The notes below the pieces were generated by a model that was not told the DNA's origin, did not search any database, and worked only from the letters and a program-made list of their open reading frames with translations. A stretch of DNA of 64,000 nucleotides from NCBI GenBank assembly GCA_032718475.1, contig JAUCBJ010005050.1, positions 1 to 64,000 on the forward strand, in the 5' to 3' direction. How positions within the stretch are numbered: the stretch's first letter is position 1; the number at the start of each line of letters is the position of its first letter. This DNA comes from Nemertoderma westbladi (lineage: Eukaryota > Animalia > Xenacoelomorpha). Of the stretch, positions 27,070 through 38,987 are shown piece after piece. The position numbers and the translations under genes were made by a program.

Positions 27070-30000
27070 ATGTCTGACACCCAGCAAACCCTGTCAGACA
27101 GTCTAATCGATACAACCATCTGTGACACAGATAGGAGTGTGGAGCGATTAAGAAAGGGGTTCAGCTCACCTCCTACTGAAAGAAAGGTCATCCCTCCAGT
27201 AGTAGTATCAGACCCTAAGCTAATCCAACACCGTAGGTCTATCATCGGCACTCGGGCCCAGGTCAAACGGAACCAGGAAGCAGCTGTCCAACAGCAGCAA
27301 CATCCTATTCAAGAAACTCGTTCCCAGCGACCCGATAGCTCCAGTAGTTCGGATACTGTAGAGCTGACCCCCGAACGCGGAGTGCAGATGACGGCTACAG
27401 CCTACTCGGATCCCCTTCTCACCCTTCCTGCCGCAGTGCTAACTACTATATTGATTGCGGTGGAGGAACACCAAGTCGATTGGGCGAGAAGTAAGCGAGC
27501 GACCCAAGATAGTTATGCGGGATACGCCAGGGAAGAATTGATGTCTATTGTCGAGTCACAATGGAACTTTCCCGGACCCGGACTCCCGTTAGATTTGTCC
27601 GAAGCTACTTGGGAAGATATACACAGGATGGGAGTGGCTAAAGATACGATGGATCCAGCTGTTTGGAAGAGGTCGGCAGCAGGATATGTGCAGGGATTCT
27701 TCGGCTCCTTAGAGAGATTGGAAGAACAACTGTTTCGACAACCCCAAGGACCTCAAGAGCAGGAAGAGCTGCTTTATCAAGTACGCGAAAGAACCCTACG
27801 CATTAGACTAATCCTATCAGCCTTTGAGGAAACTTCCAAAAGAAGACAGGACACGTCGCTGCAGGTTGCTGTCAAGACTTGGTTCCAGCGGGTAGGTCTC
27901 AAAGTTCAAGAAACGGCCCAGTGGAAATCCCAGCTGGCTGAGAGACCAACCTATGAAGAACCAACCGATGCCACCCTTTCTCAAGTGGAAAGCGAAGAGA
28001 CAGCAGCAGAGAAGCCGCCCTCGAGAGACGCCATAGACATCTATCTGTCAGACTATCAACACTTCTTGGGTGATGAAGAGTTGAGGAGACGACTGGCTGG
28101 ACTTCGCCCCAATAGTGAAGGAACCAAGCTTGTGTTGGACTCAATCGATGCGGAAATGTTAGCTGCGAACCAAGCTAAATTTGATGAAAAACTCCGCCTC
28201 GCTAGAGTCCAAGAAGAACAAGTAAAGAAAAAACGGATAGAGGACCGAAAGGCAGCAGCCGTAACGGCGGCAGAAGCAGAAGAAAAAAGAAAAGCAACGG
28301 CGGCAGAAGCAGAAGCAGAAAGAAAAGCAGCGGTGGCAGAAGCAGAACGAAGAGCGTCTGAGGAGACTACCCAACTAGAGTTGGAAAATCTGCAAGAGAC
28401 GCAAGACAACATAAATAAACAGTTAACTGCTAGTCACATGCAGATGATGAGAAGATCTACTCCCAAACGCCAGGGATACACATCATCGGAGGAAAGCGAA
28501 ACCACCGATCCTGAAGGCGGAGGAAATAGATCTCGTCTAAGCAGGCGTAGTAAAACATCTCACCGTCACAAATTGCCTGATTTGCCCCCAGCTGTTAGAA
28601 GACAACTAGCTAGCACAGACTTAAGTAGTATAGAACCTACAGCCCAAATTATTAAGGTCAAAAGACTCCCTACTATAGTTGATGAGCCTGAAATAATTAG
28701 GCCTGTCATTCCCAAAGTCACTCCTGTGCTAGAGACCCCTGTACTTCCAGAGCTTAACTCTAAATTCCCTTTACACAGTACTACACTGCCTGTACCCGGT
28801 AGAACAGTCCATGAGAATATCCCTGTCCTGGGCACTGAGAGAGAAATCAAGGATTTGTCTCCCGTCGTCCCGCGTCGGCCCGCTACAATGTTGGCGACTC
28901 CCGCTTCAGCGGTCGAGTGGGTAGAGGAGGGACGTCGGGGGATGAATCTCCTGCTCGGACAGATGCAGGAGACTGTCCACCAACTTAAGGGAACAGTAAG
29001 GGAAGGTAGGGCAGAATTGCAAGAAGTGCAGCAAAGTATCGCGATAGAATGCGACAAATTAGTCAATATACAAAAGGGTATACCAATACCCCCAGTAACA
29101 TTGTGTCAACCTGTTAGGTCTGAAGTATTACATGCGCAAGGTGTGGAGCCTACACGCATCTATACTGCTAGTGAAGTAGAAACTCCTATAGCAAACCCTA
29201 TTAAGGATGATTATAAACCTGTTGTTAATGATATTCCCTATAGACCTGATAATGATCCGAGAAATTTATATACCGATAATTCGATATTAAATAACACGAT
29301 GGCCCAAGAAAGCTTTACGCGTCAGATGGCTAGAACAGAAGCCCGCCAAGCGGTCAAAGTGGGAGAGATCGTTAAATTCAATGGAGATGAGATGAAATGG
29401 TTACCTTTCAATGAATATTACACGAAGTGGGGCCTTCGCGCAGCACGTGACTTAAATTTAATTTAAGTACTAATTCGAAAGTATTACTGTATTAGCAAAT
29501 TTTAAGCAGATTTCGCCTAATCACTTTTTACCTCTTTCATTTCTATTCAGACAGAGAATCTATTCACTTTCAGGCATAAAGTAGTCTTATAGCGGGTGAC
29601 TGTTGAACTGATTTTCAACAAAACAAATTTTCAACTTGGCAGCTTTAAATTCGACAAAGTTATAAGCATGTCAATATCATAACGACGACAACGATTTCAC
29701 TTTCAGACATTTGGCCCTCTAGCGGCAGACTGGAGAACTGCAGATGGATTCGCCTCCTTTGAAAGTCACAGCTAATGGTCTAATACATATCTGCCAAGTT
29801 TCAGCTTAAACGGATTAAAGGCAAAGAAATGGGCGGGCATTTAATGTTTAGACATGTGGCCCTCTAGCGGGAGACCATTGCACTGATGGTGTCTGAAAGT
29901 CTCTCAAAAATCTCAACTTTAGCTCATATTGATACCTACAAATTTTCAACTTGGCAGCTTTAAATCCGACAAAGTTATTAGCATGTCAAAATCGTAACGA

Positions 30001-33000
30001 CGACAACGATTTCACTTTCAGACCTTTGGCCCTCTAGCGGCAGACTGGAGAACTGCAGATGGATTCGCCTCCTTTGAAAGTCACAGCTAATGGTCTAATA
30101 CATATCTGCCAAGTTTCAGCTTAAACGGATTAAAAGCAAAGAAATGGGAGGGCATTTAATGTTTAGACATGTGGCCCTCTAGCGGGAGACCATTGCACTG
30201 ATGGTGTCTGAAAGTCTCTCAAAAATCTAAACTTTTGCTCATATTGATACCTACAAATTTTCAACTTGGCAGCTTTAAATCCGACAAAGTTATTAGCATG
30301 TCAAAATCGTAACGACGACGACAACGACGACGACGACGACAACGACGACGACGACGACGACGACAACTATTTGCATAAATTGACCCACCCCCTAACAGTG
30401 TCAATTCGCTAAGGCTCCGCCAACTTCGTGGCTCGCCCCACAAAGATAGCATACAGAACTCTGTACTATCTAACGGAGAGAAACTTAGATTCCTCATCAA
30501 GTGCTTGGAAGGACCTCCCAAGTTAATGGCGTTAAAGTTTATTGGACATCCAGAAGGATTAAGACAAGTTTGGGATACATTAAACGTCAGGTATGGTAAC
30601 AAGGATAACATAGCTAAGTATTTGTATGCAAAATTAGTAGCCCCCCGAAACTTTCTTAGTAGCGGGATTATAGAGTTTTCCGATGAGATTCAGGAGATCT
30701 GAAGACAATTGGACTGGTTAGGTAAGTCTCATGAATATCAGAGTTCCATGGTTATTGGAGCCGTAGTCTCTACTTTACCAAAGGGTGGAGTATGTACACG
30801 CTGGGACAAGAAAGTGTTGTACATGAATGAACAACAACGACGAAGCCCTACCATGGCTGATCTCATGTCCTTCTTAGATGGTGAAGTAAAACTACAACTC
30901 ATCAAGCAGTCCAGAGAGAAAACATCGGAAAATAAGGTAAGTGAGAAACCCGCTTCTAGGAGAAGAGTAACACCAGTGTGTTACACTGACGACGGCGAAA
31001 GCCAAGCTTCTCAAGAAGAGGACAGCGGAAAAGACACTGACAAATTTTACTACGTTAACAAAACCTCAAAAGACGTAAGTAAATACAAGGCTCGAACCAA
31101 CGATAGGAGAGAACAGGTTGCCAAGACCCCTCCTCAGTCTCCTAACAGAATGCACGGAAGAAAGCCCGAAGAAAGAACGAGAGTGCATCAAGTTACCCAA
31201 GGTAAAGTGAGTAACATCAAACCAAACTGTGCGCTGTGCGACGGGCCCCACCGTTTGAGTGCGTGTGCGGAATTTCTAAAGAAATCCCTTGTAGACAGAC
31301 GTGCAGTCATGTGGGATAAGCGGTTATGCTATAATTGCCTTAGATCAGGACACCAACGGCGAACCTGTTACTCCGACGTAAAGTGTGCAAAGTGTGGCGC
31401 GAAACATCACATCTTGTTACACAGTGAGTTCGAACGAAACAACCCGAGTCAGGTAAGTGAGCCCGAACTACATGTCCAATTCAGTGATGTAAATGACACT
31501 GATCAAGAATCTGAGATGGAAGGATTCTATACTGACAAATTCTCCGACGCCAACGAATCCTGTTACCTAATCAATACCGCGGTGTATCGAGCACTTACTT
31601 ATGAAAAGGACACCGACAATGAGTTCCCCCCAACTACTTTTGCCAGACAACCATCTTGGAAAGCTCCAACTTCCAATGTAGGAATCAGAGAATTTCCTGT
31701 AGTGCAGGTAAGAGTTCACGGTCCTAACAAAAGTTACATAGTGAACGCCCTCCTTGACTCCGGCAGCACAGGAACATTCATCGATCAAGAACTAGCCAAA
31801 GATATCTTTGCTGGACAACCCAAATTCCGGACTAAATTGAATATGTCAGGAATTATGCAGGTTTGGAAATCTACCCTAACGGCAGACTACTATGTAGGTG
31901 TGTTGTACACCCCCCAGGATAAATTAGGAGCACAAGGTATAAGGTCGGTAAAAATGGTGGCTATAAAGAACTTCGCTACTACCCAAGCAGACCTTTATAA
32001 TTGGGACGAGGATGAGAGCATTCAACATCTTAAGATACCTCGATTCCAGACAGATTACCCTGGAGTGCAAATACTCATCGGTCAAAACGCGCATGAGGCG
32101 CTCGAGACATTGGAGAAACGGCCTGCTCAACCGCAGCCACTGCAAACCTATGCGGTAAGAACTAGAGTAGGTTGGTACTTTACTGGCCCTTCCCGCAGAA
32201 CTCTCGAAGAGAGAATGCCACAAGAACGAATATACCAAGTAAACGATTGGGAAGTGGAGAGCAGTGAGGTGGAAGAACTAACTGAGGGAACAACATACTC
32301 CTCAGATAATGACGACATCTACCAACTCTTCGATGAAGAGAACACAATCGACCTACTTCCAGAAAACAAAACGTGGAAAAACCAGGTGAACCTATGTCAA
32401 CTGATTCGCCCATCGGGACCCATTGATTACAATGACGAACTAAATGATGAGATAGAGCGCTACAACGCTAGAACTCGGGACGAACTCGCCGTACGATTCT
32501 TTACTCAAGAACTGGTAGAGCCCAATTCATACGATAAGGCCCTATCGATAGAAGAAGAAAGAGCAAAGCAAATCCAGGAAACAACTACACGTTTTTTAAA
32601 GGACCAAGGTTGATATGAAATCGGCCTACCATTTCGAAAACGAGAACCTAGATTTATAAATAACAGACCCTTGGCAGAGAAAAGAATCGCTCAATTACAT
32701 CGACGCCTTACGGCTAATGCTTCAGCTAAAGAAATGTACCAAACTCAGTTGAAGAAATTTATAACAAAGGGATACGCGGAGCGAGTACCGAAAGGAACAC
32801 CAGTGACTGAGAGAACGTATTACTTAACACATCATTACATTCCCAAACCTGGTAAACCCCACGAAGTACGAGTCGTATTCGATGGCTCCGCTCTATATAT
32901 GGGCCAATCCCTCAATTCCGAGTTTTTACCAGGACCCAACTTACTCCAATCTTTGTTGGGAATACTTTTAAGATTAAGACAATATTCCATCGCGTTCGCC

Positions 33001-36000
33001 TCCGATATAGAAGGAATGTTCTTACAAGTCAAGGCGCTGGATAGAGATAGAGACAGCCTGAGATTTCTGTGGTGGCCTGAAGGAGACCTCAACCAGAAAC
33101 CGGTGGAGTACTGGATGACCATCCAGGCTTTTGGGATCATATCTAGCCCTTCCAATGCCTGCTCCGTGGTGCGAACCACTGCGAATGACAACCAAGACGC
33201 CTTCTCCAAAGAGGTGATAGACAACATCAAACGTAATATATACATGGACGATAATTTAAGGTCCCTTCCATCAGTAGAAGAAGCCATTGATGTCGCGAAA
33301 GGAACGGTAGAGTGTTTGAAAAGAGGTGGATTTCGACTGACGAAATTCACTAGCAACTCCCGTGAGTTTTTGGAAGCGATACCGGTAGAAGACCGAGGAA
33401 CGAAAGACCTAGACTTAATAAAGGACGATCTTCCAGAAACCAAGACGCTTGGCTTGAAGTGGGACACTGAAAGAGATATCCTGTTTTTTCAGCTAAAACA
33501 GCGAGATAATCCAGTTCGGACCAAACGGATTTGTTTAAGTATCCTGAGCACTTATTTCGACCCATTGGGATTTATTAGCCCAGTTATATTGATTGCTCGG
33601 AGTTTAGTACAACAAATGTGGCTTGAAAACCACTCATGGGACGATCCGCTGAAGGGAGAACTGTTAAAGAAATGGATGAAATGGGAAGATTCTCTACCTG
33701 CCATCGAGAGCTTTATAATTTCCCGTGCATATTTTGGTCATGTTCTTCCTACCTATTCCTATCAACTCCATGTGTTTGGAGACGCCAGCGACATGGGAAT
33801 AGGTATAGTAGCATATCTGCGAGTCGAAACTCCGGATGGAATCAAAGTCGCCTTGGTTACCTCTAAGGCATTGATTAACAACAAGTTAAAGGTTCCTCGA
33901 GCGGAGTTAAAGGCGGCTTTATACGCTACAGCCATCGGCCGGAACGTAACAGAACAAATAGACTATCCACTGGAGAAAACTGTTTATTGGACCGACGCTT
34001 TACTCGTGTTGGAGTATCTAACCAATGAAGTCTGTCAGTTCAGCGTTTTTGTTACTAACAGGGTAGCTATTATTCTTAGTCGCACAAAGATAGATCAATG
34101 GAGACATTGCCCTGGTACGATTAATCCAGCCGATATCGCCTCCAGGGGAGCGACTCCACAGGAACTGATAGATACTCCAGACTGGTTGAGTGGACCCGAC
34201 TTCCTGAGCAAGGAAGAGGATGAATGGCCTCCTCACCTTACTACGGCAGAGATTAGACAAGCCAAGGGAGCGGAGACAGTCAAACCTAAAACCCGGGCGA
34301 GTAAATCGAAGTTATTTAAACCGACGATCGATCTATCTGTATTACATACTTCCGGAAATGATGCTTCGGATCCACAATCCCTCGCCACAAATAAGTCTGT
34401 TGTGGAAATTAGAGATAGAGATTGGAAATCTGGAATACCAGACATCTCGCAAGGAATCTCACCCCTGCTGCAGAGAGCAATGCATCACTACAGTTCCTGG
34501 AATCGGCTCTGTAAAGCCGTCACATATTTAAGGAGATGTTTTCATCATCACTACTCCAGGACGAAGACCATTAGTGATACAGCTCCATTGACATCTGCGC
34601 AAGTTCATGTTATTAAAAATTTACCCAAATATAAGACATCTGACCGGTTTCTCAAGGAGAAAATTAGTTACCAGGAGCATGAAGAAACCAATAAGCAGAT
34701 ACTGAGACTCCTGCAATGCTATGAAGATTCCGATAAGTATTTCCTGTTGTTGAGAAATCCGCAGATGCGCTTACGGGATCGCTTCTCTAGCACAATGATA
34801 GATGGGTTAATACGTGTTGGAGGAAGGCTCACCAATGCGCCATTATCCTTTGACACTAAATTCCCCATACTCATTAGAAATCTTGAAGTACAAATCAAGA
34901 TGATTGTAGATGTTCACAGCAAACTTTATCATGCTGGTAGAGAACGAGTTCTTAGCGAAATCCGAACTCGCTATTATTTTTATAAACCCCGTAGAGCTCT
35001 GAACCAAGTTCTTAGGAACTGCATACCCTGTAGGAAAGCATTCAGTAGGCCTTTAACACAGCGAGAGGCAGAATTACCTAGGGAACGAGTAAGCTTCTAT
35101 GAACCACCTTTTACTAATACTGGTGTAGATTTATTTGGCCCTATTGAAGTATATCGTGCTAGGACTATAGTCAAGAGATGGTGTGTCATCTTTGTATGCA
35201 TGACTTGTAGAGCCATCCATCTCGATATGGTGAACGATCTATCTACCAACAGCTTCGTATTAAGTTTATGCCGACAGATCGCTCGCTTCGGGACGAGTAA
35301 TACCATGAGATCGGATAAGGGAACGAACTTCATTGGCGCCAACAACGAAATACAGGCTTACGTGAAGGACTGGAACCAAAGACAGGTGGACGATCAGCTA
35401 AGGATAACAGCGTCTAGCTGGACCTTCAACGCCGCCGACGCCCCTTGGTGGGGAGGAAGTTGGGAGAGATTAATTAGAAGTGTCAAGACCGCATTTCACT
35501 TTATAGTGCCATGCCGCGCGTATCTCACCGACGAACTTTTGCGGACGTTAATGGAGGAAATAGCTGCCTATCTCAACGAGAGACCGCTTATGCCAGTTTC
35601 ATCGAGTCCCGATTCCCTGGAAGCGCTAACACCCGCGCACTTCCTACTGAAGAAACCCGTAGCCATGCTCCCACAATCGGAGATTGCCGACGGAGACGAA
35701 TAGTGCCGTCGAACTTGGCAACTTATGCAGTTGCTATCCCGTCGTTTCGCTGACCATTTCGAGAAACATTATCTGCCCACGCTACAACTTCGAACTAAGT
35801 GGTTTGAGCAGCAAGAAAACGTCAGCGCCGGAGATATGGTGCTTATTGTAGATTCAGACCTCCCACGTAAACGGTGGCAGACAGGTCGTATCATCGAGAC
35901 TCACATCTCAGATGATGGTTTAGTACGCTCGGTAGAACTCGTCGTCATGCGGCGTAACTTCAAGAAGCCAGGCATAATCTTTGAGACGCAACAACTCAAC

Positions 36001-36126
36001 CGCCCAGTTGGTCGTTTATGTTTACTGGAAAGAGACAGAGAACTCTCTGGAAACTATGGAAGGCAAGACACTCTTCCCACGACCACCTCCCTAATTCCTC
36101 AAACATCTAGGGACTCCCCAACGTGA
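27070..36126 (+). pseudogene. BEL/Pao gag-pol polyprotein in one frame, disrupted by a 1020-bp insertion and three in-frame stops
   Basis: ORFs 27070, 30505, 30709, 32671 and 35725 share a frame. Gag FNGDEMKWLPF..EKLRFLIKCLEG; Cys/His knuckles CALCDGPH, CYNCLRSGHQRRTC, CAKCGAKHH; protease LLDSGS; RT YMDD; RNase H FGDAS; integrase GVDLFGP / RSDKGTNF / GGSWERL. Stops at 30700, 32611 and 35701. Confidence 0.95.
29423..30442. mobile_element. 1020-bp non-autonomous element inserted in gag, Helentron/HINE (DINE-1/Pearl)-like
   Basis: Removal restores NEYYKDSIQN in frame. Contains 2.3 copies of a 315-bp core, an (ACG)n microsatellite near 30312-30366, and short inverted repeats cacgaagt/acttcgtg and gtggggc/gccccac at the ends. 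Boundaries are ambiguous by 3 nt (ACA). Confidence 0.8.
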
Positions 36127-37748
36127 TACGTCTGGAGTGGGTGTATGACTATATTATTCTATCTATTTTTATTATATTTTTATATGCGAACTTTCTTATG
36201 TACTTTATTATAATCGTTTTATTTAATTTTATTTAGTAGAATGTTATTTTAGATTATTTAGTAGGTTAGTGCAATATATTAGTGTTTATTACGTAATTAC
36301 ATATATATAATATATATTTAGTGTGACGGCGAGAAATAATTTTTTCTCTTTCCTTACTGTCCGTATCATATTATAAATACGTGACTACAGTAAGATGAAA
36401 TGTCCGTACTTATTAAAGTACAATAAAGCCACTACTATATTCAAATATTATTGGTAGGCAGAGTATTAGGAATGCAAAGTTCAGATCCTCGTGTCTCGGC
36501 TAAACCAAGCTCTGGGTAGACCTTGGAAATGACTTGCCTCTTCACACTGACATTGCTTCGTGCGATATTGCTCTCATACCATATATAATAATACATATAG
36601 TAGCGTGATGTCCCTATAACAGTAGCGTAAAACGCAAATAAATCTGTTAAACCTTTTGACCATCTGTAATTCTAGTCGATTAAGATATCGCGGCACCCAC
36701 CGATATACTTGAAAGACAAATTCTAGAATCAGTGGTTAACGTCCCCAGACAAGTTCTGGAATAAATCGGTGCCCATCTTAAATATTAATTTAATATTTAT
36801 TAAAATCTGTAAAATTCAGATACTTTAAAATTTCTAGTCAATTAAGATATCGCAGCACTTACCGATACTCTTAAAGGACAATTTTATAGAATTAAGGATC
36901 CTCAGTCCCCAGACCTGCTCTGGAATAAAAATTGTGTCAATTTTAACATCAAATAATAAAATTCACGGGAATAAATTTAAATTCATATTTTAAATGAATT
37001 TCATAAATTGTCATTTTGTGCAATTTATAACCTTCCCAAAATTCCATTAATTAATAGATCATGGGAGCGGAGATTCATCCTATTGAGTGTATTAGAGTGC
37101 GAGAATCTCCAACATATAGACAATAGCCGATAAAATTAATAAAATCATGCATAAAGAGGATATTGACAATTAAAGAATTACTATTAAATAGCATTCCAGA
37201 TCTGTATGCATGAGAATTACCCTAATTCTACCGCTAGCATTCCATAATGTCACCATAGCAACACCCACGCTAGAATTAGAAGCAAGTTAAAAGAACAATA
37301 GAAAGCTTGTCCCATTGCATAGCATAGAGAATACATAGCACACTGTTAGTATCCAAGGATACACAGTAATAATGTGACATTCTGGAAGGCACTGACTAAC
37401 GGACAAATGGCCTGTATGTGTACAATTGGTGACAGTTGTGTGGAATTTGTGCGTTTATAGGTGAATGTTACTGCTAAAGTATGTTTACAGTAGCTAGTCG
37501 CAATTGTAAAAGTAGCCCAACTCTCCTATAGAAAGAACCTAAAGTGGATCCAAGCCTTTGGGACGGACAGTGGAGTGACTTGTGCCGGTTATCGTTGTCG
37601 TGCTGTTGCTACATGTTGGCGTAAACACCGCGACGACGGTACATCGGCGCTGAGAATCCCACTGTCCGGGGGCAAAGAGAGGTAGGCAGCGACGCCCACT
37701 CGCCTAAACATAAACTCATTTTGATATTAATAAACTCAGATAGCAGAT

Positions 37749-38126
37749 ATGACGGAGTTGATAGAAGATGATCTTGGTATTAGGGAGCGATATACTCTAC
37801 CTTTACAAGCATTTGTGGATAGCTTAATACGCGGTGAAGCCGATCCAACCATTACAGAGGACGATGGTCGTTATATCGAACCGCCGATGTCCCAAGAGCA
37901 ACTTGCGCGTGAATTGGATTATCGAAAATTCACCGCTCGCTATACGAATCGTAATGGTACGTATATGGACTTCTTAACTACCGGCCATCCTATCGATTTA
38001 CATGATACGGACGATGTAGACACCGAAAGGGAAATGGTTCTATTTAAATATCATACCCAGCGGAGTCGTAACGATAAACCGAGAATGGAACACGAGAATT
38101 CTATTCGAAAACAACTCGAAAGATAG
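37749..38126 (+). CDS. Accessory ORF A of the BEL element (acidic, unknown function); may originally extend to 38204
   Basis: 125 aa with ATG start; protein-like sequence continues past TAG and TAA (R*NVEESL*RQIEENTGEETWVNVQGP*). Confidence 0.45.
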   Translation: MTELIEDDLGIRERYTLPLQAFVDSLIRGEADPTITEDDGRYIEPPMSQEQLARELDYRKFTARYTNRNGTYMDFLTTGHPIDLHDTDDVDTEREMVLFKYHTQRSRNDKPRMEHENSIRKQLER

Positions 38127-38351
38127 AACGTGGAAGAAAGCTTGTAAAGACAAATAGAGGAGAACACTGGAGAAGAGACATGGGTTAATGTCCAGGGTCC
38201 ATGATGTGAATAGTTTTTCCCCGGGGCACGGGTGCTCGCGGGCGGTCTCCTTCGGGAGGCTGTAATTTTCTCTTCCTTCATCGTTTTCCTGTAATTATTG
38301 TGATCAGTGTCACAATTAAAGCGCAAGAATGAATGATGATGTGACGGAAAC

Positions 38352-38726
38352 ATGTCCATTGTGGTATCTTATGGATACTACCATATATCCTCCCTCCTCT
38401 TTACTCCCTTTATCCCTCTATACATCGCTATTGAAAATACAACATACTTCGTCCCACCTTCTCTTCCCAATGTGCTCGGAGCTTTGGGAGACGATCGACC
38501 AATCATTGCCGTATCGTGGTATGGATCATACCGCCTCCTAATAAATCTCCCCACCCCTTACTGTTTATTTGGATGCTCATATTGGTGTCCGCACCTCTTG
38601 TCCATGTCACATTCTGTTGATATTTATGATATCAACTTCCCCCTCTCGTTGTTGATTAGAAAATCAACCATCAATAATTTCCTTAAGTCCGCAACCGTGA
38701 TACAAACAAGGACTGAAAGGACATGA
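38352..38726 (+). CDS. Accessory ORF B of the BEL element (hydrophobic, unknown function)
   Basis: 124 aa, same frame as ORFs A and C; no recognisable motif. Confidence 0.3.
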   Translation: MSIVVSYGYYHISSLLFTPFIPLYIAIENTTYFVPPSLPNVLGALGDDRPIIAVSWYGSYRLLINLPTPYCLFGCSYWCPHLLSMSHSVDIYDINFPLSLLIRKSTINNFLKSATVIQTRTERT

Positions 38727-38987
38727 GGATAGTTTGTGAACAACTGGTACCATTATGTGTCATAAATCTGGTTGTTCACCTCCCTCAATGATTAGAGATA
38801 TAAATCTTATGTAGAACAACTGAGACAAACATATCCTTGAACTGGTGTTTACCTCTTCGCACTAGGGATAAATTCATTTGGAGATAGTCTTCGAACGATT
38901 GAATCCTCCAACTGAGAACTGAGATCGTATTTCTGAATATTTCTGAATACGACATAGGTCTTCCCCTGCTCTCTCCCACTACTATCA

